DNA of 64,000 bases from Bacteroidales bacterium UBA1195 (GCA_002309855.1 DBYD01000031.1:60723-124722); one strand, 5' to 3'; positions 7,448 to 15,600 are shown, numbered from the stretch's first letter. A program made the numbers and translations. The notes: generated by a model from the letters alone, not told the origin.

Positions 7448-9192
7448 GAAGCACATTTATAATATATGATGATGGTTCTAAAGAACAAGCCGAAAAATTT
7501 GGACAACAATTATCAATTGAAAGAATCTCATATCAAGCACATGAAAATGAAATGGGATACCACGATTGGTTAACGAGAGAATTCAAGTCTAAAGATATCC
7601 AGAGAATACTGATACCCTTATCTCTCCCTTCATTGGAAGCAAATACCGAAGGTTTGCTTCTTGGATTGCATATTAGATTAAATTTTGAGCTGCCAATCGA
7701 AAAAAGAAGTATTCCAATTGTGTTCATCACCAATTTAAGTATTGATAATATTCTTACAAAATCGACTTTTGACAGCGATAGTAATCCTCAGAATCTATTG
7801 TTTAGCGAAGGAATCTATATCTCTTCAACCGATATAGATGAAATAAAAGAGAAATTGGAAACATCTAAGTCTGTAAAAGATTATAACTTGTTTTTGCGGC
7901 AACTTAATATTCGAAGAAAAGCAGCTGTTGGTGGACATGATATTGCAAATGCATGGGGATGTTATAAATTGGCTCGTGTAGTGGTTGGTGTTAGTGAAGC
8001 AGAATCTTTTTATTCAAATGAAGCCATTGCAAACCATCTCAAACAATTGTATGCAAAATATTTGATATGTGTTAACGAATCGTTCAAAGATTCAAAGGAG
8101 TCTTATGTTGATTTGGATCCAATTAGTTGTAAGGATAAAAAAGTGCTATTTATTGATGATAAATCTGATGAAGGATGGGGGCTTTTGATGCAAAAGATTT
8201 TCAAGTCCGCTGGAAATGGTTTTGTTTGTGTCGATTCGACAAAATATAAGACTGCCGGAAGTTTTGATTATGATGGCTTTATTTCGGAATGTAAATCTTA
8301 TATTGGTCAATATTGGGATTTGATTATTGTTGACATTCGCCTTAATCCCAATAAGGAAGATATTGATTCTGCCAATATTGCTCCTACGGAGTTTTCAGGA
8401 TATGAGCTTATTGATGCTTTTTTGAACAATAATAAAGGGTATCAGATATTGGTATCCACCGCATCAAATAAAATATGGAATGTAAATGCTGCCCTTAAAC
8501 GCGGTGCAAAAGGGTATTACATAAAGGAATCACCAGAGTTTAACTATCCTATTTCGGAAACAAAAAGACAGTATGAATTATTTAAGAATAGTGTTCAGTC
8601 CTGTTTCTATAATTCATATTTGCAAAATATTTTCAAGTCTGTAGGAGAAGAGATAAAGCCAAGTTTGCCCAATAATGACTTTGGCGAACTGATTTCTAAA
8701 CAATTAGATATAGCATGTTATTTGATTTCTTTAGCGGAAACTCAAGAGCAATATGCTTTTGCATATGTTTCGTTGTACCAAATAATTGAAATAATTACTA
8801 ATGAATTGATTAATAAAGAACAGATACAGTCCAATTCTGCTTTTAATAAATGGAAACTGTTAGATGGAACTTATATACATGAATTCGAATGGGATTCACA
8901 TAATAAGTCGTATAAGGATTTGGGAGACGCTCAATCTGGTAAAGAACCATTTCCTCAATGGAAAAAAATGGCTGGATTAGTATTGCAAGAATGGGCCATG
9001 CCCAATGGAGACGGGTTTGTTCGCAATCTTAGTTTTTTAATCGAAAAGCGTCATGGATTTATTCATAATGACAAGACTATTTTGGATAAACAAGATAAAA
9101 ATACTGGCAAATATCTGAATCATGATATTTTTGATAAATCCGGCTTTGAATCATTGTTTAAAAGTATAAAAGCAATTTGCTCGTACTTATGA
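7444..9192 (+). CDS. Retron-associated protein 3 (582 aa): pseudo-receiver + CheY-like receiver + C-terminal HEPN-like helical domain
   Basis: Residues 232-362 (nt 8137-8529) keep all receiver hallmarks: VLFIDD, LIIVDIRL (acceptor Asp), ILVSTAS and GAKGYYIKE (Lys). The N-terminus FIIYDD...RILIPLS...IPIVFITN is a second, degenerate copy. The C-terminal helical region contains EKRHGFIH, an Rx4H motif at 9049-9066. Confidence 0.6.
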   Translation: MRSTFIIYDDGSKEQAEKFGQQLSIERISYQAHENEMGYHDWLTREFKSKDIQRILIPLSLPSLEANTEGLLLGLHIRLNFELPIEKRSIPIVFITNLSIDNILTKSTFDSDSNPQNLLFSEGIYISSTDIDEIKEKLETSKSVKDYNLFLRQLNIRRKAAVGGHDIANAWGCYKLARVVVGVSEAESFYSNEAIANHLKQLYAKYLICVNESFKDSKESYVDLDPISCKDKKVLFIDDKSDEGWGLLMQKIFKSAGNGFVCVDSTKYKTAGSFDYDGFISECKSYIGQYWDLIIVDIRLNPNKEDIDSANIAPTEFSGYELIDAFLNNNKGYQILVSTASNKIWNVNAALKRGAKGYYIKESPEFNYPISETKRQYELFKNSVQSCFYNSYLQNIFKSVGEEIKPSLPNNDFGELISKQLDIACYLISLAETQEQYAFAYVSLYQIIEIITNELINKEQIQSNSAFNKWKLLDGTYIHEFEWDSHNKSYKDLGDAQSGKEPFPQWKKMAGLVLQEWAMPNGDGFVRNLSFLIEKRHGFIHNDKTILDKQDKNTGKYLNHDIFDKSGFESLFKSIKAICSYL

Positions 9193-9230
9193 TGCTCGCT
9201 CCATCTCTACAATCGTTTTTCATATTATTC

Positions 9231-9284
9231 CTCTCCGCGCAGAAAGGCTGCACTTGAGTTGTGTACTTTTGCAGCCGGAAAAAC
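9231..9284 (+). promoter_or_regulatory. Island promoter/hairpin cassette, copy C
   Basis: CTCTCCGCGCAGAAAGGCTGCACTTGAGTTGTGTACTTTTGCAGCCGGAAAAAC has its -7 box at 9264-9271, 23 nt before ATG 9294. It is almost identical to copy D. Confidence 0.55.
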
Positions 9285-9293
9285 AAAGGAAAT

Positions 9294-9863
9294 ATGGCAC
9301 AAGAGAACGTTCAAATTGAAAAGATGGAGGAACTGGAAAAGAGGTACAAATCGGTGAAGGTGTATGATAATGTTGCGGTTGTTCAGGATTACAGATGGCT
9401 TTGGGGTGTGGTTTCTTTGGATGGTGCGGAGATTGTTCCTTTTGGCAGGTATGGTTGGATTGACGGTTTTGATTCCGGGTTGGCGCGGGTGCGCGCTAAA
9501 GGACGCAGTTTTGAAGAGCGAAAAAATGCGAAATGGGGCGTGATTAATGTGCAGGGAGAAGAGGTGCTGCCGGTAGAATATGACAATATATGGAACTTTC
9601 TGGGCAAAAACCGCCAATCAACAACTGTGGAAAAGGGCGGTGAAAAGAGTTTTGTGTACTTCTGCGATTTGAATCCTGATTTGGAATACAAACCGTGCAG
9701 ACAAACAAATCATTATTGGCACGAATATGAAGATGATTGGCGCGAGGAGGAGCATTATGAGACGTTTTCCGGATCTTATGCGCAGGAATACGAGGGCTTG
9801 AGCGATGAGTACATTTGGGATGCGTTCGGTGGGGAGGCGGATGCGTATTGGAATATCGATTAG
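9294..9863 (+). CDS. WG-repeat protein with acidic C-terminal tail
   Basis: WG/KWG-type repeats are present (LWGVVSLDGAEIVPFGRY, KWGVINVQGEEVLPVEYD). The acidic tail is shared with ORF 4014-4211. ATG 9294 is preferred because the track start at 9261 lies inside the promoter cassette. Confidence 0.6.
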   Translation: MAQENVQIEKMEELEKRYKSVKVYDNVAVVQDYRWLWGVVSLDGAEIVPFGRYGWIDGFDSGLARVRAKGRSFEERKNAKWGVINVQGEEVLPVEYDNIWNFLGKNRQSTTVEKGGEKSFVYFCDLNPDLEYKPCRQTNHYWHEYEDDWREEEHYETFSGSYAQEYEGLSDEYIWDAFGGEADAYWNID

Positions 9864-9870
9864 TTTTTTT

Positions 9871-9925
9871 TCTCTCCGTGCAGAAAGGCTGCACTTGAGT
9901 TGTGTACTTTTGCAGCCGGAAAAAC
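9871..9925 (+). promoter_or_regulatory. Island promoter/hairpin cassette, copy D
   Basis: TCTCTCCGTGCAGAAAGGCTGCACTTGAGTTGTGTACTTTTGCAGCCGGAAAAAC has its -7 box at 9905-9912, 22 nt before ATG 9934. Confidence 0.55.
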
Positions 9926-9933
9926 GATAAGGC

Positions 9934-10470
9934 ATGATGGAAGTATTTAACGCATTAAAACAACTTAAACTATTGAAAAAGAAAACAAACATGGACGGTT
10001 CCAACTCTGTTGGGAAATTGGTGAAGCGGATTGCGAAGAAAATGACGGCGAAGGGGATCAAATGCGAGAATGGGGAGGTGAATCTGAGGTATTCCTTGAA
10101 CAACCGTGCGTTCAAGGCAAGGTTCTGGCCGTCCAAATCATCCGGATACAGGGCTGTCATAATTGAATTAATCTCTTTGGACATCTGGGAGAAGATAACA
10201 GATGAGGGCAGGTCCTTGTGGGTGAACCAGATCAACAGGAACAACCTTGACATGAAAGTCTTTTCCCTGGACGATTCTGTCGTTTGCCAATACACCACGT
10301 TTATAAAGAAGCCCGCGGATTTTGTGGATGAGGCAAAGCGCGGTTATGATGTCTTTGGGGAGACTATGAATTCCTTCTATGACAAGCTTTCCGAAATGGA
10401 ACAGCAGTACGCTGTCCGGGAGCCGATACGTCCCATCGGTTTTTTGAGGAGCATGGAGTCTGTCGCATAA
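9934..10470 (+). CDS. Hypothetical protein (178 aa)
   Basis: ATG ORF directly behind cassette D. No family recognised. Confidence 0.5.
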   Translation: MMEVFNALKQLKLLKKKTNMDGSNSVGKLVKRIAKKMTAKGIKCENGEVNLRYSLNNRAFKARFWPSKSSGYRAVIIELISLDIWEKITDEGRSLWVNQINRNNLDMKVFSLDDSVVCQYTTFIKKPADFVDEAKRGYDVFGETMNSFYDKLSEMEQQYAVREPIRPIGFLRSMESVA

Positions 10471-10501
10471 TGGCAAAATACACGTTACATCCTACCTTCC
10501 C

Positions 10502-10600
10502 ATGCCTCGCGAACTTACCATTGACATCCACGGCAAATACGTTGAAGATGCCCTTGCGGAGGTGCGGGATGAAAAAAACAACGCCGAAGGCAATTTTTGA
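10502..10600 (+). pseudogene. Orphan 5' end of an Smr-domain gene
   Basis: MPRELTIDIHGKYVEDALAEVR then diverges and stops after 32 aa. Nt 10511-10569 match 11382-11440 (the 5' end of the intact Smr ORF) with 4 mismatches in 59 nt. Confidence 0.6.
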
Positions 10601-10645
10601 ATATTAAATGCGTTCCATTAATATAGATAAAAAATTGAAGACAAT

Positions 10646-11230
10646 ATGTGCAGATTTTCGGAACCAAGCAGGCAGAAATTAGGTAACACCGTGTTGTATA
10701 TCGCACAACACGCCAAGTATCCATACAAGACAGAAATATTGAAGCTGCTGTACTTGATGGAAGAACTGTCTGTCAGGCAGTACAACACACCATTCCTGGG
10801 CATACCTTTTTCGGTATGGAGGCTTGGTCCTGTTTCCGTCGATGTTTTCGAGGAGCTTTCTGACGGTCCTGTCATACTTGGCGACTTCATCACACTCCAG
10901 TTCAACGGACAGGGTGTCCGTGTCACACCTGTCGCAGGCCGCGAATTCAATGATGATGAGTTTTCCGACAACGACATCAGTGTGATGGAGATGGTAATGA
11001 AAAAATATGGAGGCATGGATTCCGAGTCGCTCATTGCTTTGACACACAAGGAAGGCTCGCTATGGTATGAGACAGCTAAGGAACACGGTTTGCTGCAGGA
11101 TTTTGAGCAGAAACGTGCAAACAGCTCGAACATTGTGATAGATATGGCACGAGGTCTCTGTCCCGATGCACGTAACATGTATGAGGAGACATTGGAAATC
11201 CGTGATTTTGCAAATCGTATGCGCAAATAA
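10646..11230 (+). CDS. DUF4065/Panacea (SocA-like) antitoxin-domain protein
   Basis: The pattern KTEILKLLYLMEE...FSVWRLGPVSVDVFEEL...ESLIALTHKEGSLWYE fits the Panacea/DUF4065 domain of PanA-type antitoxins. 194 aa. Confidence 0.65.
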   Translation: MCRFSEPSRQKLGNTVLYIAQHAKYPYKTEILKLLYLMEELSVRQYNTPFLGIPFSVWRLGPVSVDVFEELSDGPVILGDFITLQFNGQGVRVTPVAGREFNDDEFSDNDISVMEMVMKKYGGMDSESLIALTHKEGSLWYETAKEHGLLQDFEQKRANSSNIVIDMARGLCPDARNMYEETLEIRDFANRMRK

Positions 11231-11233
11231 GCC

Positions 11234-11416
11234 ATGTATCAGGAAGGGCAGCTGCTGAAGTTTTCAAATTTTGTGTTCAAAAATGGCAACACTCCAAAGA
11301 CCAAGTATTTACATAAAGTGGCTGTAGTCCACTTTCTGCTTTGTTTTACACCCCCTAATTCTTTCATAGAAAAAAGTGTTGGAACTTACCATCGACATTC
11401 ACGGCAAATACGTTGA
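11234..11416 (+). pseudogene. Possible truncated toxin partner of the Panacea antitoxin
   Basis: ATG lies 3 nt after the antitoxin stop. The first ~26 aa (MYQEGQLLKFSNFVFKNGNTPKTKYL) look like the start of a small beta-barrel toxin. The frame then runs into the Smr junction with implausible sequence. Weak call. Confidence 0.25.
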
Positions 11417-11612
11417 GGACGCCCTTGCGGAGGTGCGGGAATTTGTTCGGCGCGCTCCGAAGGAGGCGGAGAAGATTGTAGTGATACACGGTTACAACCG
11501 CGGCACGGCCTTGCGCGACGCCTTGCGCACAAGGCTGCGTTCGCCCCGCATACGTCTGATCGAACCCTCGTTCTTCAATCAGGGCGAAACCTACATTTGG
11601 CTGAAACGATAG
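11376..11612 (+). CDS. Small Smr-domain protein
   Basis: LTIDIHGKYVEDALAEVREFV...VVIHGYNRGTALRDALR is an Smr (MutS2 C-terminal-like) domain. It has no ATG: the ORF starts at GTG 11376, and the ATG-bearing 5' end sits 870 nt upstream at 10502. Confidence 0.65.
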   Translation: MLELTIDIHGKYVEDALAEVREFVRRAPKEAEKIVVIHGYNRGTALRDALRTRLRSPRIRLIEPSFFNQGETYIWLKR

Positions 11613-11625
11613 ATTTGTAACCCCT

Positions 11626-12387
11626 ATGAAAATTTCTGTTATAACCGTCACCTACCAGTCGGTGGGGACGCTGGAGGAGGCCATGCGGAGCGTGTTGCGG
11701 CAGAGCTGGCCTGATGTGGAGTACATTGTTGTGGACGGCGGTTCCACGGACGGGACCGTGGAGACAATCCGCCGCATGGAGCCGGAATTCAACGGCAGGC
11801 TGCGCTGGATCAGCGAGCCGGACCACGGCATTTACGACGCCATGAACAAAGGCATCCGCATGGCGGCAGGGGAGGTCGTCGGCATTCTGAACAGCGACGA
11901 TTTCTTCGCCGCTCCGGATGTGCTGGAGCGCGTGGCCGCCGCCTTTGCCTCCGATGCCGCATTGGAGGGCGTTTATGGCGATGTGCGCTATGTGGAGCCT
12001 GAAAACACCGCAAGGACGGTGCGGCATTACTCCTCTGCGGGGTTCACCCGCAAAAAGCTGGTCTACGGCCTTATGCCGGCGCATCCCTCGTTCTATGCCC
12101 GCAAAACCTGCTTTGACCGTTTCGGGTTGTACGACACCCGTTACCGCATCTCCGCCGATTACGACATGTTTGTCCGGCTGATATGGGTGGGAGGCATCCG
12201 CACGCGCTATATGCCATTCGATTTTGTGACAATGCGGAACGGAGGTGCCTCATCATCCGGATTTTCCGCCAGGTGGCAGATAATGCGCGAACACCTTCGG
12301 AGCGCACGGGAGCATGGGATGCCTAGCAGCTTTTTCCTGCAAAGCCTGCGTTATTTCGGAAAAATTGCCGACCTTTTGAAAAAATAG
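11626..12387 (+). CDS. Glycosyltransferase family 2
   Basis: ISVITVTYQS...YIVVDGGSTDGT...GILNSDD is the GT-A/GT2 signature including DxD. 253 aa. Confidence 0.85.
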   Translation: MKISVITVTYQSVGTLEEAMRSVLRQSWPDVEYIVVDGGSTDGTVETIRRMEPEFNGRLRWISEPDHGIYDAMNKGIRMAAGEVVGILNSDDFFAAPDVLERVAAAFASDAALEGVYGDVRYVEPENTARTVRHYSSAGFTRKKLVYGLMPAHPSFYARKTCFDRFGLYDTRYRISADYDMFVRLIWVGGIRTRYMPFDFVTMRNGGASSSGFSARWQIMREHLRSAREHGMPSSFFLQSLRYFGKIADLLKK

Positions 12388-12391
12388 AGCC

Positions 12392-13348
12392 ATGATTGAA
12401 CTTTTTGTATTTTTGTTTCTGCTGTCGGTGGAACTCGGCTATTACCGCCTTGCCAAAAGAAAAAATATCCTCGACATGCCCAACGAGCGCAGTTCCCACC
12501 ATGAGGGGACGGTGCGAGGCGGCGGCATCGTCTTCTACGCCGCATGTCTGGTGTTTTTCTTAAGCCATCACTTCATGTGGCCGTGGTTTATGATCGGAAT
12601 GACAATGATTGCCGGAATCAGCATACTTGATGACATCCGCTCCGTCAAGCCCAATATCCGGCTGCTTGTGCAGGCCGCCGGTGTGTTCCTGGTGCTGTTC
12701 CAGTTCAGCGTGTTCAACCTGGTTGGATGGAAATCCTTCATCGCGGTCTTCTCCGCCGTCTGCATACTGAACGTCTACAATTTCATGGACGGCATCAACG
12801 GCATGACCGGACTCTACACCCTTGTAACCTTGCTGACGCTTTCGTTTGTCAACATGTTTGTGGTTGAGTTTATTCCGCAGGACATCATCACCTATGTGCT
12901 GCTGGCCGACATTGTGTTCCTTGGCTTCAACTTCCGTCGGCACGCCCTCTGCTTCGCCGGCGATGTGGGGGCGGTGGGGCTCGGTGTCATCATTGTATAT
13001 CTGTTCGGACGGCTGCTGCAGTATTCAGGTGCAGAAATCAGCTACATGACCTTCCTGGTGGTCTACGGGACGGACGCGGGCTTCTCCGTCATCCGCCGCC
13101 TATGGCTTAAACAGAACATTTTCCATCCGCACAGGGTCTTCATTTTCCATCTGCTGGCCAACGAGTGCAAGATTCCGCAATTGCTTGTTGCGACAATCTA
13201 TGCCACACTGCAACTGGTGATTAATATCGGTTATCTGATGTTTCCCTTTAACAAATACATATACATGGCGGCATGGATAGTGGTGCTGGTTACAGTCCAC
13301 ATTGCCATCTACCGCTATTGCGACAAACACTATACTTTAATCAAATAG
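12392..13348 (+). CDS. Polyprenyl-phosphate sugar-1-phosphate transferase (MraY/WecA family)
   Basis: Polytopic membrane protein with the NVYNFMDGINGMTG motif and DDIRS. 318 aa. Confidence 0.8.
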   Translation: MIELFVFLFLLSVELGYYRLAKRKNILDMPNERSSHHEGTVRGGGIVFYAACLVFFLSHHFMWPWFMIGMTMIAGISILDDIRSVKPNIRLLVQAAGVFLVLFQFSVFNLVGWKSFIAVFSAVCILNVYNFMDGINGMTGLYTLVTLLTLSFVNMFVVEFIPQDIITYVLLADIVFLGFNFRRHALCFAGDVGAVGLGVIIVYLFGRLLQYSGAEISYMTFLVVYGTDAGFSVIRRLWLKQNIFHPHRVFIFHLLANECKIPQLLVATIYATLQLVINIGYLMFPFNKYIYMAAWIVVLVTVHIAIYRYCDKHYTLIK

Positions 13349-13356
13349 AACAGGTT

Positions 13357-15600
13357 ATGAGAAATCGGATACTATTTTTGCTTTTGCTTGCATCGTCGTG
13401 CAGCCTCTTTTCCCAGACGGTGGAGCGTGCCGAGGTGAAACCCTACAAGGGCCGTCCCGCCTTGTATATCAACGGTGTGCCGACAGTCCCGCAGTTTTAT
13501 GCCCTGACCGACCGCCCGACGGGAAACCGCTCCTACGAGGCTCTGCCATCGCACAGCATCGCGCAGTTCGCCAAGGCCGGATTCAAGCTTTACCAGCTGG
13601 ATATCTGGTTTGAGGAGATGCTGCCCGTAAACGGTGAGTTGGACATCACTGAGGCAAGGAGGCAGGTGCAGGGGGTGCTGAAACATTGTCCCGACGCCGC
13701 CGTCATGTTCCGGCTGCATGTCAATCCTCCATTCTGGTGGTTGGGACAGCATCCGGAGGAATGCTGCCGCTTTGCAGACGACACGCTCCAGCCTGAGCCT
13801 TACCGTCCGCTGCACCAGAACTATCTGTGGCAGGATCTGAACATGGTCCCGCGCTGCAGCTACGCCTCCCAAAAATGGCAGCGGTGGATGGAGGGGAATG
13901 TCGCCGAATTCTGCCGCCAGCTGGCCGTGACTGACGAGGGGCGGCATGTTATGGGAATCCAGATTGCCAACGGCCTGAACGGCGAGCACCACCAGTGGGG
14001 ATTTGTCAAGCACGATCCTGACGTTTCGGAGCCGATGCAGCTCTTTTTCCGCCAGTTCCTTAAAGATAAATATCATACTGAAAAGGCGTTGCGCAAGGCC
14101 TGGAACCTGCCCTCCGCTACCTTTGAAAATGCAACTCTCCCAGGCATGGAGCGGCATCAGACTTCGGCCGGCATCTTCCGAGACCCGCAAAAGGAGCAGG
14201 CTGTGGCCGACTATTACGAATGCCAGCACAAGGTGGTGACGCAAAGCATTCTTGGCTTTGCCAAGGTTGTGAGGGAAAACTGGCCGCGCCCCGTGACAAT
14301 CGGCTGTTTCTACGGCTATTACCTTTCTTTGTTCGGTCGTCAGGCGGCGGGCGGACACCTTTGCGAGCAGGATATTCTCACCTCCCCGTATCTCGATTTT
14401 CTCTGTGCGCCGCAGGCCTACAACAAGAACAGCCGTCTCCCAGGCGGCCCCGCATTGTCGCGCGGGCTGGTCGAGTCGGTGAACCTGCATGGCAAGCTGT
14501 GGCTGGACGAGATGGACCAGCCTTCCCATCTCGGATATGTTTACCTTGGCGGCTTGCAGATGTATCCGCTGGAGGAGAGCATACAGATTCTGCGAAAGTT
14601 CGTGCTGGGCCCGTTTTTGCGCGGCGGCGGCATGTGGTTCTACGATTTCGGCCCGCTGATGTGCAGCGGCTGGTGGGACGACCCCGCATATATGGAGGAT
14701 ATAGCCCGGATGCACAAGGTGGAGGAGCGTTATTTCCAGCATGAGCAGAATTGCCCTGCGGATGTGCTGCTGGTCTTCGACACGAAGGTCTTTTTCCACA
14801 CCGCCTCCCGCGACACGGATGACCCCATCACTGACCAGACATCGGTGAACGTGGTGCCGATCGAGGTGTTCAAGTCGGGAGTTGCAGCCGCCACCTGCTA
14901 CCTTTCTGACCTGCCGCAGATGCCGTTGGAGCAATACAGGGCTGTGGTGTTTGTGAACTGCTTCCTGCTGACGGCGGAGCAGCGGCAATGGATTCGGAAG
15001 AACGTGGCAAAGGAGGGGCGCAGCCTCATCTGGCTGACTGCGCCGGGATACAATGACGGTAAGACGCTCGATCTGCGCTATGTGTGCGAGGCTGCGGGGA
15101 TGCGTCTCGACACCTTCTCCGCCTTCAGAATTCCCGACATCCGGTTCGGCGCGGCATTCGGCGACAGCCTGCAGAAGGGGGCGAAGATTGCCGAGGTGGG
15201 CAAGACCATCTTCATGAACACGAACGACAGCATACGGGCCTTCCGGCAGACCTTCTTCCATGTGACTGATGAGGGTGCGGAGCGGCTCGCCATGTTCGAT
15301 TCGCTTCCGGATTCACGTGTGGCCGCAGCAGTGGTGCGGCACCGGACGCACAACGATTATTTCTTTGCCCTTCCGCTGATGACCAACGGATTGTGGATGC
15401 AGCTCCTTCGCGATGCCGGATGCCACATCTACGATGATGCGGGCGATGCGGTGATTGCCGGTTCCGGCCTGCTTATGATTCACACGGCAGCGGGCGGTGA
15501 ACGGACCATCCGGCTGCGCAACGGACGGGAGGTGAAGGTGATGCTACAGCCCAAACAGACCCTGCTGCTCGATGCGGAGAGCGGGGAGAAGGTTTTGTGA
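13357..15600 (+). CDS. Secreted protein, possibly glycoside-hydrolase-like
   Basis: ATG 13357 gives the signal peptide MRNRILFLLLLASSCSLFSQ. The track start at 13273 lies inside the upstream gene. Its size and position in a polysaccharide locus suggest a glycan-active enzyme, but no family could be named by eye. Confidence 0.6.
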   Translation: MRNRILFLLLLASSCSLFSQTVERAEVKPYKGRPALYINGVPTVPQFYALTDRPTGNRSYEALPSHSIAQFAKAGFKLYQLDIWFEEMLPVNGELDITEARRQVQGVLKHCPDAAVMFRLHVNPPFWWLGQHPEECCRFADDTLQPEPYRPLHQNYLWQDLNMVPRCSYASQKWQRWMEGNVAEFCRQLAVTDEGRHVMGIQIANGLNGEHHQWGFVKHDPDVSEPMQLFFRQFLKDKYHTEKALRKAWNLPSATFENATLPGMERHQTSAGIFRDPQKEQAVADYYECQHKVVTQSILGFAKVVRENWPRPVTIGCFYGYYLSLFGRQAAGGHLCEQDILTSPYLDFLCAPQAYNKNSRLPGGPALSRGLVESVNLHGKLWLDEMDQPSHLGYVYLGGLQMYPLEESIQILRKFVLGPFLRGGGMWFYDFGPLMCSGWWDDPAYMEDIARMHKVEERYFQHEQNCPADVLLVFDTKVFFHTASRDTDDPITDQTSVNVVPIEVFKSGVAAATCYLSDLPQMPLEQYRAVVFVNCFLLTAEQRQWIRKNVAKEGRSLIWLTAPGYNDGKTLDLRYVCEAAGMRLDTFSAFRIPDIRFGAAFGDSLQKGAKIAEVGKTIFMNTNDSIRAFRQTFFHVTDEGAERLAMFDSLPDSRVAAAVVRHRTHNDYFFALPLMTNGLWMQLLRDAGCHIYDDAGDAVIAGSGLLMIHTAAGGERTIRLRNGREVKVMLQPKQTLLLDAESGEKVL

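Noticed and set aside
1404-11381. Calling the island an integrative mobile element
   Set aside because: No integrase, transposase, relaxase, tRNA target or terminal inverted repeats were recognised. Only internal direct repeats are present. It is therefore reported as an island of unknown mobility rather than as a mobile_element feature.
13372-15261. 629-aa minus-strand ORF, plus several 60-180-aa ORFs, inside 13357-15600
   Set aside because: These are shadow ORFs antisense to a GC-rich gene. The composition is Arg/Pro/His/Gln-rich and low-complexity-like, with no start context and no motifs.
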